A stretch of DNA of 64,000 nucleotides from Symbiobacterium thermophilum (GCA_020725105.1 DYFQ01000006.1:2392-66391), one strand, 5' to 3'; shown: positions 1 to 10,099, counted from the stretch's first letter. Made by a program: numbers and translations. Notes: a model not told the origin generated them from the letters alone.

Positions 1-732
1 GATGAAGAACTGAGACACCAGGTTGGCGACGACCACGTCCCAGGGCCCGCCGGCGGCGCCGGGCTCGGCGAGCCAGGTCACCAGGTCGGCCCTGACGATC
101 TTGACGGTACCCGCCACACCGTTTCTGGCCACGTTTTCTTTCGCCGCCGCCACCGCCTCAGGCTCAACGTCGACGGCCGTGACGGCCGCCGCCCCCAGCC
201 GCGCCGCCGCCACGGCCAGGATGCCCGAACCGGTGCCGGCGTCAAGCACCCGGCTGCCGCCTAGGGCGCTTCGCTCCAGCGCCTCCAGGGCCAGCCGGGT
301 GGTGGGGTGCAGCCCGGTGCCAAACGCCGTGCCGGGGTCGATGACCACCACCAGGTCGTCGGGGCCGGCCGTAGCCTCGGGCAGCGGGAGGTGCCAGGGC
401 GGGGTCACCACCAGGCGGCGCCCGACGCGAGCCGGCTGGAAGTGGGCCCTGCAGGCCTCGACCCAGTCGGTCTCCGGCACCGGGCGAACGGTGAGCACGA
501 CCGCGCCCGGGTCCAGGCCAGCGTCCCGCAGCCCCTCGAGGCCTTGCCTCAACCGCTCCAGCCGTCCGCCCAGCCGGTCGTCCACCGGCCAGTAGACCAC
601 CAGCCCCGGCCGGGGCCCACGGTCGTCCTCGGCGACCCCGCCGGCGCCAAGCTCCCACAAGAGCGCCGTCGCGGCTTCCACCGCCTCCGCGGCCACCTCG
701 ACCCGGACCTCGGCCCACTTCACGGCAGGCAT
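1..732 (-). CDS. prmA: Ribosomal protein L11 methyltransferase PrmA; start at 732, 3' end runs off the window
   Basis: Minus-strand translation from ATG (rc at 730-732) gives MPAVKWAEVRVEV...; the SAM motif VLDAGTGSGILAVAA is at ~190-250; it sits 4 nt after the dnaJ stop as in the dnaJ-prmA operon. No stop before position 1, so it is absent from the ORF track. Confidence 0.8.
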   Translation of the reverse strand, partial: MPAVKWAEVRVEVAAEAVEAATALLWELGAGGVAEDDRGPRPGLVVYWPVDDRLGGRLERLRQGLEGLRDAGLDPGAVVLTVRPVPETDWVEACRAHFQPARVGRRLVVTPPWHLPLPEATAGPDDLVVVIDPGTAFGTGLHPTTRLALEALERSALGGSRVLDAGTGSGILAVAAARLGAAAVTAVDVEPEAVAAAKENVARNGVAGTVKIVRADLVTWLAEPGAAGGPWDVVVANLVSQFFI

Positions 733-735
733 GGA

Positions 736-1887
736 TCAACGGTCGGAGAAGGCGTCGCGGACCCGGCCAAAGATGCTGCGGCCCCCGCCGTCGACCACCT
801 CGCCGGCCAGCCGGGCGTACTCCTGCAAGAGTTCCCGCTGGCGGGCGGTGAGCCGCCGGGGGACGTTCACCTTGACCCGGACCCGCAGGTCCCCCCGGCC
901 CCGGCGGCGGAGGTCGGGGACCCCCAGGCCCTTGAGGGTGAAGACGCTGCCGGGCTGGGTCCCCTCGGGCACCTGCAGGGACACCTTGGCGTCCAGGGTC
1001 GGCACCTGCACCTCGGCACCGAGGGCCGCCTGGGCAAGTCCGATCTCCACCTCGCACCAGAGGTCGTTGCCTTCCCGCCGGAAGACGGGGTGGGGTTCCA
1101 CCCGGACGACGACGTAGAGGTCGCCCGGCGGCCCCCCGAGGGTTCCCGCCTCTCCCTCCCCGGCCAGCCGGAGGCGGTGACCGGTGTCGACGCCCGCCGG
1201 GACACTCACCGTCAGCCGGCGGGTCCGGCGGACCCGGCCGGCGCCCCGGCAGGTGGGACACGGCGACTCGACGACGGTACCGGCACCCCCGCACCGCTCG
1301 CAGGTCCGGATATTGACGAACCGGCCGAACACCGTGCTCTGTGTGGTCTGAACCTGGCCGGTCCCCCGGCACACCGGGCAGGCCACCGGGCGGGTGCCGG
1401 GCCGCGCCCCCGAGCCCCGGCAGTCGGGACAGGTCTCCACCCGCGGCAGTTCGATGACCCGGTCGGCGCCGCGGGCCGCCTCCTCCAGGCTGACGGACAC
1501 CTCGACCTGAAGGTCGGCCCCGGCCTGAGCCCTGGGCCTCCCGGCGGCGCGGCGCCCGGTGCCGCCGAAGAACGCGTCAAAGATGTCGTCGAGACCCTGG
1601 AAGGGATCGAAGCCGCCGAAGGGACCGGCGCCGGGCCCGGCTGGCCCTCCGGCCCGCGGGTCGAAGGCGGCGTGACCGAACTGGTCGTACCGGGCGCGCT
1701 TTTCCGGGTCGGAGAGCACCTGATAGGCCTCGGACACCGCCTTGAACTTCTCCTCGGCGGTGGGGTCGCCCGGGTTGGCGTCCGGGTGCAACTGGCGCGC
1801 CAGCCGCCGGTAGGCCTGCTTGATCTCTTCTTGCGAGGCACCGCGAGGTACGCCCAGCACCTGGTAGTAGTCACGCTTCTCCGCCAA
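736..1887 (-). CDS. dnaJ: Chaperone DnaJ (type I: J domain, G/F region, four CxxCxGxG zinc-finger repeats)
   Basis: ORF 736..2010; contains [10 protein letters not shown]...[35 protein letters not shown]. Likely start is TTG at ~1887, preceded by GGGAGCGGAG (MAEKRDYY...). Confidence 0.9.
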   Translation of the reverse strand: MAEKRDYYQVLGVPRGASQEEIKQAYRRLARQLHPDANPGDPTAEEKFKAVSEAYQVLSDPEKRARYDQFGHAAFDPRAGGPAGPGAGPFGGFDPFQGLDDIFDAFFGGTGRRAAGRPRAQAGADLQVEVSVSLEEAARGADRVIELPRVETCPDCRGSGARPGTRPVACPVCRGTGQVQTTQSTVFGRFVNIRTCERCGGAGTVVESPCPTCRGAGRVRRTRRLTVSVPAGVDTGHRLRLAGEGEAGTLGGPPGDLYVVVRVEPHPVFRREGNDLWCEVEIGLAQAALGAEVQVPTLDAKVSLQVPEGTQPGSVFTLKGLGVPDLRRRGRGDLRVRVKVNVPRRLTARQRELLQEYARLAGEVVDGGGRSIFGRVRDAFSDR

Positions 1888-2050
1888 TTGGACTCCGCTC
1901 CCTCGGCCGCCGGCGTCGTCGGCGCCGGCGCCGTCCTTCCCCTTCGCCGCGCTGCCCGGCGACTCCCTCACGGGAATGAAAACGGAGGACACGCCCTCTC
2001 CGGCGTTCATCCTCCGCAGGTCTTCAGCCCGGGGCGGCAGGCCGCGGCGG

Positions 2051-3085
2051 TCAGCTCCCGACCGCCCGGGTCAGCAGCTCCGACAAGCTGTCAGCCACGT
2101 GCTTGACGAAGGGGACCACCCGGCGATAGGGCATCCGGGTCGGGCCGAGCACCGCCACGCGCCCGCCCGCCCGGTCGCCGATGCTGAAGGAACCCGCCAC
2201 CACGCTGCAGCCGTGAAGCGCTTCATGGGGGTGCTCCTGGCCGATGGTCACCTCCACGCCGGCGGACTCACGCCGGGCCAGCAACTCCCGGACCAGCCGC
2301 TCCTGCTCCAGCAGGGCCAGCAGCGCCCGGGCCCGCTGCACGTCGCGAAACTCCGGTTGACCGAGGAGGTTGGCGGCGCCTCCGAGGTAGACCCGCTCCT
2401 CTCCACCAGGCTCCAGGTCCTGCGCCAGGAGCGCCTCGGCCTGTTCCAGGAGGGGGTGTAACCTGGGTACCTCCCGGTCGAGCACCCTGAGGGCCCGCCG
2501 CACGTCGCCGCCGGGAGCGTGGCCGCCGAGATGCCGGGAAAGTAGCCGTTCCAGGGGCTCGAGTTCCGCCTCGTCAAACGCGGGCGGCAGCTCGACCACG
2601 TGGGAGATGACGAACCCGGCGTCGGTGACCATGACGAGCAGGGCCCGCCGGAGGCCAAGGGGCGCCAGCCGCACCGCCCGGATCCGCGTCGCCTCGAGCT
2701 GGGGCCCGACAACCATCGCCAGGCAAGCGGTGGCGTCGGCCAGGAGCCGGGCCGTCAGCTGCACCAGCCCCTGCACTTCCCGGATGCGTTCGGCCAGGGC
2801 CCTTCTGAGCCGCCTCACCTCGGCCGGGGCGAGCGGCTCCGCCTCCATCAGCTCGTCAACGTAAAAGCGGTAGCCCTTGTCGGAGGGCACCCGGCCAGCC
2901 GAGGTGTGCGGCTGTTCCAGGTAGCCCATGGCCTCCAGTTCGCCCATCTCGTTGCGGATGGTGGCGGGGCTGACGTCAAGGGCGGACCGCTCGGCCACCC
3001 GCCGGGAACCCACGGGCTCAGCCGTCGCCACGAACTCCTCGACGATCACGCGCAATACCCGCCGCTTGCGTAGATCCAGCTCCAT
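2051..3085 (-). CDS. hrcA: Heat-inducible transcription repressor HrcA
   Basis: 344 aa starting [19 protein letters not shown], typical HrcA; a perfect CIRCE operator lies just upstream. Confidence 0.9.
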   Translation of the reverse strand: MELDLRKRRVLRVIVEEFVATAEPVGSRRVAERSALDVSPATIRNEMGELEAMGYLEQPHTSAGRVPSDKGYRFYVDELMEAEPLAPAEVRRLRRALAERIREVQGLVQLTARLLADATACLAMVVGPQLEATRIRAVRLAPLGLRRALLVMVTDAGFVISHVVELPPAFDEAELEPLERLLSRHLGGHAPGGDVRRALRVLDREVPRLHPLLEQAEALLAQDLEPGGEERVYLGGAANLLGQPEFRDVQRARALLALLEQERLVRELLARRESAGVEVTIGQEHPHEALHGCSVVAGSFSIGDRAGGRVAVLGPTRMPYRRVVPFVKHVADSLSELLTRAVGS

Positions 3086-3112
3086 CGCGCGCCGCCTCTT
3101 CTTCGCGTCCCG

Positions 3113-3139
3113 TTAGCACTCCCAAGCGGTGAGTGCTAA
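3113..3139 (-). promoter_or_regulatory. CIRCE operator (HrcA binding site) TTAGCACTC-N9-GAGTGCTAA
   Basis: Exact inverted repeat ttagcactc ccaagcggt gagtgctaa, 28-54 nt upstream of the hrcA start. Confidence 0.9.
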
Positions 3140-3271
3140 CCACCTACCGTAGACGATAGCACGGGACCCCTTGAGTGTCAACGCTGGCCTGGAAGGACGA
3201 GCCAGCTATCCGCAGGTTCCCGCCTGCGGCCGGAGGTATACTATCGTTCGCCGCAAGAGGAGGTCCGGCCC

Positions 3272-4018
3272 ATGGACCGTACCGGTTCCCACCGCCCCAC
3301 GTGGCTGGCGGCCGCAACCGTGGCCGCGGGCGGCCTGCTGGCCGCCGTCGTGGTGGGCGCGGTGCTCCGCCAGGTCCGGTTCCACACCGCCCGGGACCCG
3401 CTCGCCAGGTGGGACCGAGAGGTCTTTGACCGGGTGCGGGTCTCGATCGACCCGCCGCTGACCGGCGTCATGCGCGTCATCAGCTGGCTGGGCTCCTTCT
3501 GGGTCATGCTGGCGGCCGGACTGCCGGCCGTGAGGGTCTCCTGGCGGCGGCGCAAGTGGTCCGAGGCCCTGGGCTGGCTGGTGACCATCGTCGGCGCCGG
3601 GCTGCTGAACCAGCTCTACAAGGCCGTGTACCGGCGGCCGCGGCCGCCGGTTCCCGATCCCCTCGTCCGGGCGGGAGGCTGGAGCTACCCGAGCGGCCAC
3701 GCCATGGTGTCGGCGGCGGTGTACGGAATCACCGCGTATCTGTGGGCCAGGCTGGCCGGCGGAGGGCGCCTGAAGACGTCGGTCGTCTGGCTGCTCGCCG
3801 GGGCGCTGGTGGGGCTGGTGGGCCTGAGCCGGGTGTACCTGGGGGTGCACTACCCCAGCGACGTCCTGGCCGGCTGGCTGGCGGGCCTGGCCTGGCTGGC
3901 CGGCGCCGTGGGGCTGACCCGGCGGCTGAGGCGGCTCAGGCAGTCCCGGGCAAGCCAGCCCGCTCTCCAGCGGCAGGTCCTCACTCCGGCCCGCGGTCGG
4001 CGAGGAGCCTCGCGGTAG
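3272..4018 (+). CDS. PAP2-family membrane phosphatase (undecaprenyl-diphosphatase/phosphatidic acid phosphatase type)
   Basis: Motifs KAVYRRPRP, PSGHA and RVYLGVHYPSDV; multiple TM segments. Confidence 0.75.
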   Translation: MDRTGSHRPTWLAAATVAAGGLLAAVVVGAVLRQVRFHTARDPLARWDREVFDRVRVSIDPPLTGVMRVISWLGSFWVMLAAGLPAVRVSWRRRKWSEALGWLVTIVGAGLLNQLYKAVYRRPRPPVPDPLVRAGGWSYPSGHAMVSAAVYGITAYLWARLAGGGRLKTSVVWLLAGALVGLVGLSRVYLGVHYPSDVLAGWLAGLAWLAGAVGLTRRLRRLRQSRASQPALQRQVLTPARGRRGASR

Positions 4019-5264
4019 CGGCAGCCAGCACGTCCATGGTGGCCAGCACCTCCTCCAGGGTGTTCTCCGGCCCACCGACTTCCAGGAGCAGGAGCCGGGG
4101 CGAAAGGTGCTGGTTGTAGCGGAACGGCTTGAACAGTATCCCCCGCGAGATACCCGGCACCTGGTCTTCCAGCCGCCCGATGAGCTTGCGGGCCAGGGCC
4201 CAGTTCTCGCGCCAGTTGGGCTGCGGCTGGGCGCCGTTGCCCTGGCCGACGACGATGGCCACCCGTGCCAGGACCCGCCCGTCCGCCGCGGTCAGCGTCG
4301 AGGCCGACCGCGGGATGGCGTCCCGGTGGACGTCGTAGATCAGCCGCAGTTCGGGATGTTGCTGTAGCAGCGCCCGGACGGTCCTCTCCGAGCGGGCGTA
4401 TGACCCGCCGCGACCGTGAGGGGCGGAGTCGTGGGCGGTGGTCTCGTGCACAACCGCGACGCCAAAGCCCTCCCGGAGGCGGGTGGCCAGTTCGAGGCCG
4501 GCCCGGACGATGTTCAGGTTCTGGTCGTCGGTGAACGCCTGCTCCGCCCGGAGCCCACCCCGCAGCGCGGCGGCCCGGACCAGGTCGGGCACAAAGGACT
4601 CGCTGGTGTGGGTGTGAAAGATGGCCACCAGCGGCCCGCCGTGGCTGGCCGGCACGGGGGACGCGCCGGCCGGCTCACCGCCGGAGCCCGCGCCGTCGTC
4701 CCCTGAGGGCCCGGCCGGCGCCGGTTCGCCGTCAAGCCCGGACGACTCGGGGGCGGCCCGGTGCCCGTCGGCGCCGCCGCCCGACCCGTGCTCGTCCTCG
4801 CCCTCGAGCCAGCGGCCCGCGTCACGGGCAGTTTCCGCGGGGCCCGGCGACGTGGCCGTGACAGTGCCCGGCGGCAGGGCCTGCCCTCGGGCGCCGGCAG
4901 GCGGCTCGGGAGCCAGCACCAGCGGCGCCAGGACCACCCGTACGTAGCTGCGGGGGTCTGAGACGACGAGGCCGGTGGCCCATTCCATCACCCGGCGTTC
5001 CCAGGGCCCGCCCGCCGCCGGCAAAGACGCGGCGGCCGGGCGAACCGGCCCGCCAACCCCGAAGGGCGCCAGGCCGAGCCCCAGGACGGTCCGGTAGACC
5101 GCGGGGTCCAGCCGCCCGCCCCATTCCTCCAGCCAGGTCCGGGGACCCCCGGCCCGACCTGACCACGGGAGGGCGGCCACCCCGGCGATCATGAGCCCCA
5201 ATGCCAGAACGCCCCCCACCGCGTAAAGGGGCGCGCCCCGGCGGTGAGCCCGGCGGCGCGCCAT
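3981..5264 (-). CDS. spoIIP: Stage II sporulation protein P (SpoIIP, engulfment amidase/peptidase)
   Basis: VAIFHTHTSESFVPD motif, N-terminal TM segment. Start ATG ~5264 is preceded by GAAGGAGG; the track ORF extends to 5303. Confidence 0.8.
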   Translation of the reverse strand: MARRRAHRRGAPLYAVGGVLALGLMIAGVAALPWSGRAGGPRTWLEEWGGRLDPAVYRTVLGLGLAPFGVGGPVRPAAASLPAAGGPWERRVMEWATGLVVSDPRSYVRVVLAPLVLAPEPPAGARGQALPPGTVTATSPGPAETARDAGRWLEGEDEHGSGGGADGHRAAPESSGLDGEPAPAGPSGDDGAGSGGEPAGASPVPASHGGPLVAIFHTHTSESFVPDLVRAAALRGGLRAEQAFTDDQNLNIVRAGLELATRLREGFGVAVVHETTAHDSAPHGRGGSYARSERTVRALLQQHPELRLIYDVHRDAIPRSASTLTAADGRVLARVAIVVGQGNGAQPQPNWRENWALARKLIGRLEDQVPGISRGILFKPFRYNQHLSPRLLLLEVGGPENTLEEVLATMDVLAAATARLLADRGPE

Positions 5265-5369
5265 GCCATGGCCCTCCTTCGCTTCCCGGCAGCCGCCAGA
5301 CAAAAACAGGCGCCGGTGGGCTACCTTTTATCGGTATCCGCGGCGCCCCGGGATTAGAACGGGCCGGTT

Positions 5370-5702
5370 CTAGCGAAGCTCAGTGGGCACGACGGCGTCA
5401 ACGAGGCCGATGGCCAGCGCCGCCAGGAGCGCTCCCAGGATGGTGACGGTCATGGCGGGCACGAAGAACTGGGCCACCCAGATGACGACGGCCGCCGTCA
5501 GGAAGCCCAGCACGCCCCGGGCCTGTGGCGAGACCCTCCGTCCGAGCACGGCCTCCACCGCCCAGCCGATGACGGCGATGACCACCGCCGCCAGGAGCGC
5601 GTTGAGAAAGCCGCCAACCTGGAAGCCCGGCAGAATGAAGCTCAGAAACAGAAGGACCAGCGCGGAGACGATAAACCGGACGACAGCACCCAACCAGTTC
5701 AA
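5370..5702 (-). CDS. Small 4-TM membrane protein, phage-holin-4_2 / DUF360-like
   Basis: 110 aa, MNWLGAVVRFIVSALVLLFLSFILPGFQVGGFLNALLAAVVIAVIGW..., characteristic of the mycobacterial 4-TMS holin superfamily IV. Confidence 0.55.
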   Translation of the reverse strand: MNWLGAVVRFIVSALVLLFLSFILPGFQVGGFLNALLAAVVIAVIGWAVEAVLGRRVSPQARGVLGFLTAAVVIWVAQFFVPAMTVTILGALLAALAIGLVDAVVPTELR

Positions 5703-5988
5703 TGGGTCACCTCCTCGGCCCGGCCGCCCACCACGCGAGGGAGGCAGGGCGACGGATGATGGCCGGCGCCGCCCGCCGGGCCGGCGCGGTGCACGGCGGT
5801 TTCAGGGTTGCCGGAAGGCCCAGGGTTTATGCACCGCGGCCCGTGCCGGGCCCGGCCGGGCGCGCGACGGGCCGTGGCCTGCGGCCGGGCTCAGGCGTGG
5901 CGCCAGGCAGGCCCCGAGTCCCGTTGAATTTCCTGCCCGCCGGTGGTACACTTGTCGTTGTCCGGCAGGGTCGGGGGGTGATCCAGCA

Positions 5989-6291
5989 ATGGCCAAGCAG
6001 TCAGCGGAGAAGCGGGCTCGCCAGGCGCAGGGACGCCGGCTCCGGAACCGGTCATTCAGGTCGGCCGTGAAGAGCGCGGTGCGGAAGTTTGAAGCCGCCC
6101 TTGGCGGTGGCGACCAGGCCGCGGTGCTCCACGCCCTGACCCAGGCGGTGAGCACGGTCGACCGGGCCGCCCAGAAAGGCGCCATTCACCGCAACGTGGC
6201 CGCCCGCCACAAGTCCCGCCTCTTTACCAGATACCACAAGGCCTACCCGGTGAGGGACTTCGGGGCGCCGGCCGGGGAAGCGGCCGAATAG
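5989..6291 (+). CDS. rpsT: 30S ribosomal protein S20
   Basis: MAKQSAEKRARQAQGRRLRNRSFRSAVKSAVRKFEAAL...; only the last 100 codons of the 302-aa track ORF are real; a TTGAAT-17-TACACT promoter lies upstream. Confidence 0.85.
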   Translation: MAKQSAEKRARQAQGRRLRNRSFRSAVKSAVRKFEAALGGGDQAAVLHALTQAVSTVDRAAQKGAIHRNVAARHKSRLFTRYHKAYPVRDFGAPAGEAAE

Positions 6292-7405
6292 CGCGGGCGA
6301 GTTCTATGACCGCCAGTTCCAGGGCCAGTTCGGGTTCGAGCCGGCCCGTTTTTATTGCGAGGTCCGTACGGAGCAGCACGCCCAGGGCTTCCTCCAGCCG
6401 CTCGGCGGTGAAACGGGCCGCCTGCCGCCGCGCCTTCGAGCCGACGTAGGGATGGACCTTGAGGGCGCGGGCGAGGTCAGCGTCGGTGCGGTGGGTGGCG
6501 CCCAGCGCCAGGGCGCCCCAGATCAGCCGCACCTGCCGGGCCAGCATGAACAGGAGCATCAGGGGTTCGGCCGCCCGGTCGAGCAGCCGCCTGAGGTGGC
6601 GCAGGGCCTCGGCGGGTTCCCCCTGACCCACCGCGTCGACCAGGTTGAACACGCTGCTCTCACCGATGGAAGAGGCCACCGCCGCCACGTCGTCCGGGCC
6701 GATGGCGCGGGCGTCTCCCGCGTAGGCGACGAGCTTCTTGAGTTCGTGTCCCAGCCGGCCCAGGTCGGTTCCTGCCTCGGCCACCAGCGCCCCCACGGCG
6801 TCGGGATGGATTGTCTTCTGGTGGCGACGGGCCTGGCTTCTGACCCAGACGGCCGCGTCGGCGGCGCCAAAAGGTGTGCAGCGGTAGACCTTGCCCCGGC
6901 CGGCCACGGCCCGGACCAGTGCGGACCGGCCGTCCACGTCGTCGTCCCGCTGGTAAAGGCAGAGGCAGGCCCCCTCGGGCACCCCGCGGACCACCGCCAC
7001 CCAGTCCCGCTCACCGCCGGCCGCCTGGCCCGCCCCCGCCTGGCCCGCCCCCGCCTGGCGGGCGCTCTCGCCGGCCATGTCGGCGTCACCGTCCGGGGCC
7101 GCCTGGCCGGCGGTGCCGCCCCGGGACCGCAGGACTGGCAGGTCGCGCACCACCACCAGCCGGCCGGCCCCGAAGAAGGTGACGGTGCCCGCAAGCGCCG
7201 CCACCTGGCCGGGGTCGGCCGCCTCGCCCTCCACCACCGCCAGGCCGAAGGGGTCGCCGCCGGCCACCACCCGGCCGGCCAGTTCCCGCAAGAGGGTCTC
7301 ACGCAGGAACGCCTCGGAGCCGTAGATCAGGACCACGGGCGGGATCGGGTCTTGCCTGATGGAGACCAGGGCCCGCTCGAACTCTTTGAGCTTCACCCGC
7401 GCCAC
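6224..7405 (-). CDS. holA: DNA polymerase III subunit delta (HolA)
   Basis: MARVKLKEFERALVSIRQDPIPPVVLIYGSEAFLRE...; its 5' end overlaps the comEC 3' end (comEC-holA arrangement as in B. subtilis). Confidence 0.8.
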   Translation of the reverse strand: MARVKLKEFERALVSIRQDPIPPVVLIYGSEAFLRETLLRELAGRVVAGGDPFGLAVVEGEAADPGQVAALAGTVTFFGAGRLVVVRDLPVLRSRGGTAGQAAPDGDADMAGESARQAGAGQAGAGQAAGGERDWVAVVRGVPEGACLCLYQRDDDVDGRSALVRAVAGRGKVYRCTPFGAADAAVWVRSQARRHQKTIHPDAVGALVAEAGTDLGRLGHELKKLVAYAGDARAIGPDDVAAVASSIGESSVFNLVDAVGQGEPAEALRHLRRLLDRAAEPLMLLFMLARQVRLIWGALALGATHRTDADLARALKVHPYVGSKARRQAARFTAERLEEALGVLLRTDLAIKTGRLEPELALELAVIELARAIRPLPRPAPRSPSPGRPCGIW

Positions 7406-9926
7406 CTTCTCCGCCCGGATGGGTTCTCCGGGCCAGCGGCCGGAGCCTGCCGTGCGACCTCCCGGCTTCCCGGGCCCCCGTTGCCTCCGGTTCCAGGTCC
7501 ACGGTGAACCGCTCCCGGGAGCGCCAGGCGCTCACCGTGAGCCGCCGCCCGTCGGTGGCCAGGGTGACCGCGCCGTCGAGGTCGGTCCGGAGTACCCTGG
7601 CGCCGGCCGCCTCCAGCCGTCGCACCACGGCCGCGCTCGGGTGGCCGAAAGAATTGGCGCCCACCTGGATCACGGCGACCCGGGGCCGGACCGCCGCCAC
7701 CAGATCTTCGCCCGTGGCCGACGCGGCCCCGTGGTGGCCGACCTTCAACACCGTCGCCTGGAGGCCGGCGCCGGCGTGGCGGACCAGTTCGGCTTCGGCG
7801 GCTCCTTCCAGGTCTCCGGTCAAGAGAAAGCTGGCCCGGCCGTACTCGAGCCGGAGGACGAGGGAGTTGGCGTTCAGGTCCGAGCCGGCCGCGCTCAGCA
7901 GGGGCTCCGGAGGGTGCAGCACCTGAAGCCGCGCTCCCCGGCCCAGGTCGAAGCTGTCCCCCCGGCGGCCCACCACGAAGGGGACCGAGCGGTCCAGGGC
8001 CGCCCGGAGAATGGCCTCGTATGCCGGGATGGGGTTCGGCTGGCCGGAGTCCAGGATGGCGCCGACGCGGACCTGGCGGACCACGCTCACCAGACCGCCG
8101 ACGTGGTCTTCGTGGGGGTGGGAGAGCACCACCCAGGCCACCCGGCGGATCCCCCGCCGGCGAAGGTCGGGCAGGATCACCCGTTCCCCGTGGTCCCAGC
8201 CGGAAGCGCTGCCGCCGTCGATCAGGACCGCGCCGCGGGCCGGGGTCAGGACCAGTGCGGCGTCTCCCTGGCCGACGTCGTAAAAGACCACCTCCAGCGG
8301 CCGTGGAAAGACAATGGTAGCGAGCAGGGAAAGGAGCACGACCAGCGCGCCTGCGGCCAGGAGCCGGCGGGCGGCCCGTGCGTGGCGGGCGGGCACCCAG
8401 CCGAAGGCGACCGCCAGGCCCAGGAAGTAAAGGGCCACCCAGGCCGGCCGGGGGGTCGGCACGGCCAGCAGGGCGCCGGGAAGCCGGCCGATACCTTCGA
8501 CGGCGGCGAGCAGCAGGCCGAGGGCCGCCCGGTTGACCAGGTTGACCGCGGCGGCCAGCGGCAACCACACCAGACCCAGCAGTCCCGCCGCCCCGCCGCT
8601 CACCACCAGCCAGCCGGCCAGCGGGACGGCCACCAGGTTGGCCACCAGGCCGTAGGCGGGCAGGGCGTTGAAGTGCCAGGCGGCAAGCGGCGCCACAGCC
8701 ACTTCGGCGGCGGCCGTCGCCGCCGTCACTCCCAGCGGGGCCCGGGGCACGGCCGGTAGCCGGGCGGCCGCCAGCGCGCCCAGCGGGCCGGCCATGGTCG
8801 CGAGCCCGGCCGTGGCGGCAAACGAGAGCTGAAAGCCGGGTTCGTACAGGGCCAGCGGCTCCCAGGCCAGGATGGCCAGGGCCGCCGCGGCCAGCGCGGT
8901 CCAGAAGTCGCGCCGGCGGCGCGCGACCCCGGCCACCAGCGCCAGGCCGCCCATGACCGAGGCCCGCACCACCGAGGCGTCTCCCTCGGCCAGGAGCGCG
9001 TAGAAGGCGATGATGGCCAGGCCGGCCGGGACCGTGACGCCCGCCGGCACCCGGAGGGCCCGCATCGCCAGCGTGGCACTGAGGATGACGAAGGCCACGT
9101 TGGAGCCGGATACCGCCAGCAGGTGAAAGACCCCCGTCACCCGGAAGGCCTCGCGGGTGGGGGCGGGAATCGCGTCCGTGGTGCCGTAGAGCAGCCCTTC
9201 CAGCACCGCGGCGTGGACCGGCGGGAGCGTCTCGCGGTAGACCCGGCCCAGCGCCAGCCGGACCGACGCCGCCGCTCCCTGCGGGCCGGCCGGCGCCCGC
9301 CCGGCCCGTTCCACGTCGGCTTCTCTCGCCAGAAGAATGCCGCGGATGCCGCGGCGGGCAAGGTGGGCCCGGGCGTCGAACTCGCCGGGGTTGCCGGGGC
9401 CCCGGGGGGTCTCCAGCCGGCCGGCGGCGCGGACCCGGTCGCCCGCCCGCCAGGCGGGGCCCGCGTGGTCATCGGGCCCGTTTTCCGCGGCCGCAGGCCG
9501 GTGGCCGGCCAGGCGCACCAGCACCCGGGGTTGGGCGAGCCGTGGGATGGACGCGCCGCCCACCTGCTCCACCCGGAGCACCAGCCGGTCCGGGCGGGAG
9601 TCCGGCTGCACGACGCCGGTGAGGATCACCCGCCGCCCGAGCCAGGAGCCCAGCGGTCCCGGCAGGGGTGCCAGGGCCTGGCCCGCCCGGATGCCCCCGG
9701 CGGCGCAGGAAAGCAGCAGGAGGAAGACGGCGCCCGGGACCGCGCTGCCCCGCCGCAGGCTCAGCCAGCCGGTGGCCGCCGCGCCCGCCACGGTAGCGGC
9801 CAGCAACGCCCCGAGGGGCACCGCGCCTCCATCGCCGAGACTGGGCCGGAGGGTGGCCACGAGCCAGACCCCCGCCGCGTACGCCAGGGTCAGGCTGGCC
9901 AGGGGCCGGTGCCACAACCCGTTCAT
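7299..9926 (-). CDS. comEC: DNA internalization competence protein ComEC/Rec2 (with metallo-beta-lactamase domain)
   Basis: Polytopic N-terminal region, competence domain and C-terminal VVLSHPHEDHVGGL MBL motif. Probable start is MNGLWHRPLASL at ~9926; the track ORF extends to 10022. Confidence 0.85.
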   Translation of the reverse strand: MNGLWHRPLASLTLAYAAGVWLVATLRPSLGDGGAVPLGALLAATVAGAAATGWLSLRRGSAVPGAVFLLLLSCAAGGIRAGQALAPLPGPLGSWLGRRVILTGVVQPDSRPDRLVLRVEQVGGASIPRLAQPRVLVRLAGHRPAAAENGPDDHAGPAWRAGDRVRAAGRLETPRGPGNPGEFDARAHLARRGIRGILLAREADVERAGRAPAGPQGAAASVRLALGRVYRETLPPVHAAVLEGLLYGTTDAIPAPTREAFRVTGVFHLLAVSGSNVAFVILSATLAMRALRVPAGVTVPAGLAIIAFYALLAEGDASVVRASVMGGLALVAGVARRRRDFWTALAAAALAILAWEPLALYEPGFQLSFAATAGLATMAGPLGALAAARLPAVPRAPLGVTAATAAAEVAVAPLAAWHFNALPAYGLVANLVAVPLAGWLVVSGGAAGLLGLVWLPLAAAVNLVNRAALGLLLAAVEGIGRLPGALLAVPTPRPAWVALYFLGLAVAFGWVPARHARAARRLLAAGALVVLLSLLATIVFPRPLEVVFYDVGQGDAALVLTPARGAVLIDGGSASGWDHGERVILPDLRRRGIRRVAWVVLSHPHEDHVGGLVSVVRQVRVGAILDSGQPNPIPAYEAILRAALDRSVPFVVGRRGDSFDLGRGARLQVLHPPEPLLSAAGSDLNANSLVLRLEYGRASFLLTGDLEGAAEAELVRHAGAGLQATVLKVGHHGAASATGEDLVAAVRPRVAVIQVGANSFGHPSAAVVRRLEAAGARVLRTDLDGAVTLATDGRRLTVSAWRSRERFTVDLEPEATGAREAGRSHGRLRPLARRTHPGGEGGAGEAQRVRAGPGLHQARPDPARGPDLRLRGVPA

Positions 9927-10099
9927 CCGCGGTTCCCCCCGGGGGCGGCCCGGTGTCCGGAGTTGCCGGCCCCGGGGCACGGTTCGGCGGCCGATTGCCA
10001 GTTCCTGCCAGCTCCGCCGCACGGCTCCCGGCCGGAAAACGGTAGGAATCCTTCAGGCAGGCGCGGAACCCGGTGGCTTGAAAGGAGGCCGTCGGCGGC

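Noticed and set aside
23-595. 190-aa plus-strand ORF at the window start
   Set aside because: Antisense to the prmA coding frame, which carries the SAM motif VLDAGTGSGIL on the minus strand.
307-2106. 599-aa plus-strand ORF (and a similar 376-aa minus ORF at 242..1372) spanning prmA/dnaJ
   Set aside because: Antisense or off-frame to clearly recognisable prmA and dnaJ; the Arg/Pro/Gly-rich low-complexity translation is typical of spurious ORFs in >70% GC DNA.
5383-5988. N-terminal 200 aa of the 302-aa plus-strand ORF 5383..6291
   Set aside because: Only the last 100 codons match ribosomal protein S20, with its own promoter and RBS; the upstream part is antisense to the holin-like gene and low-complexity.
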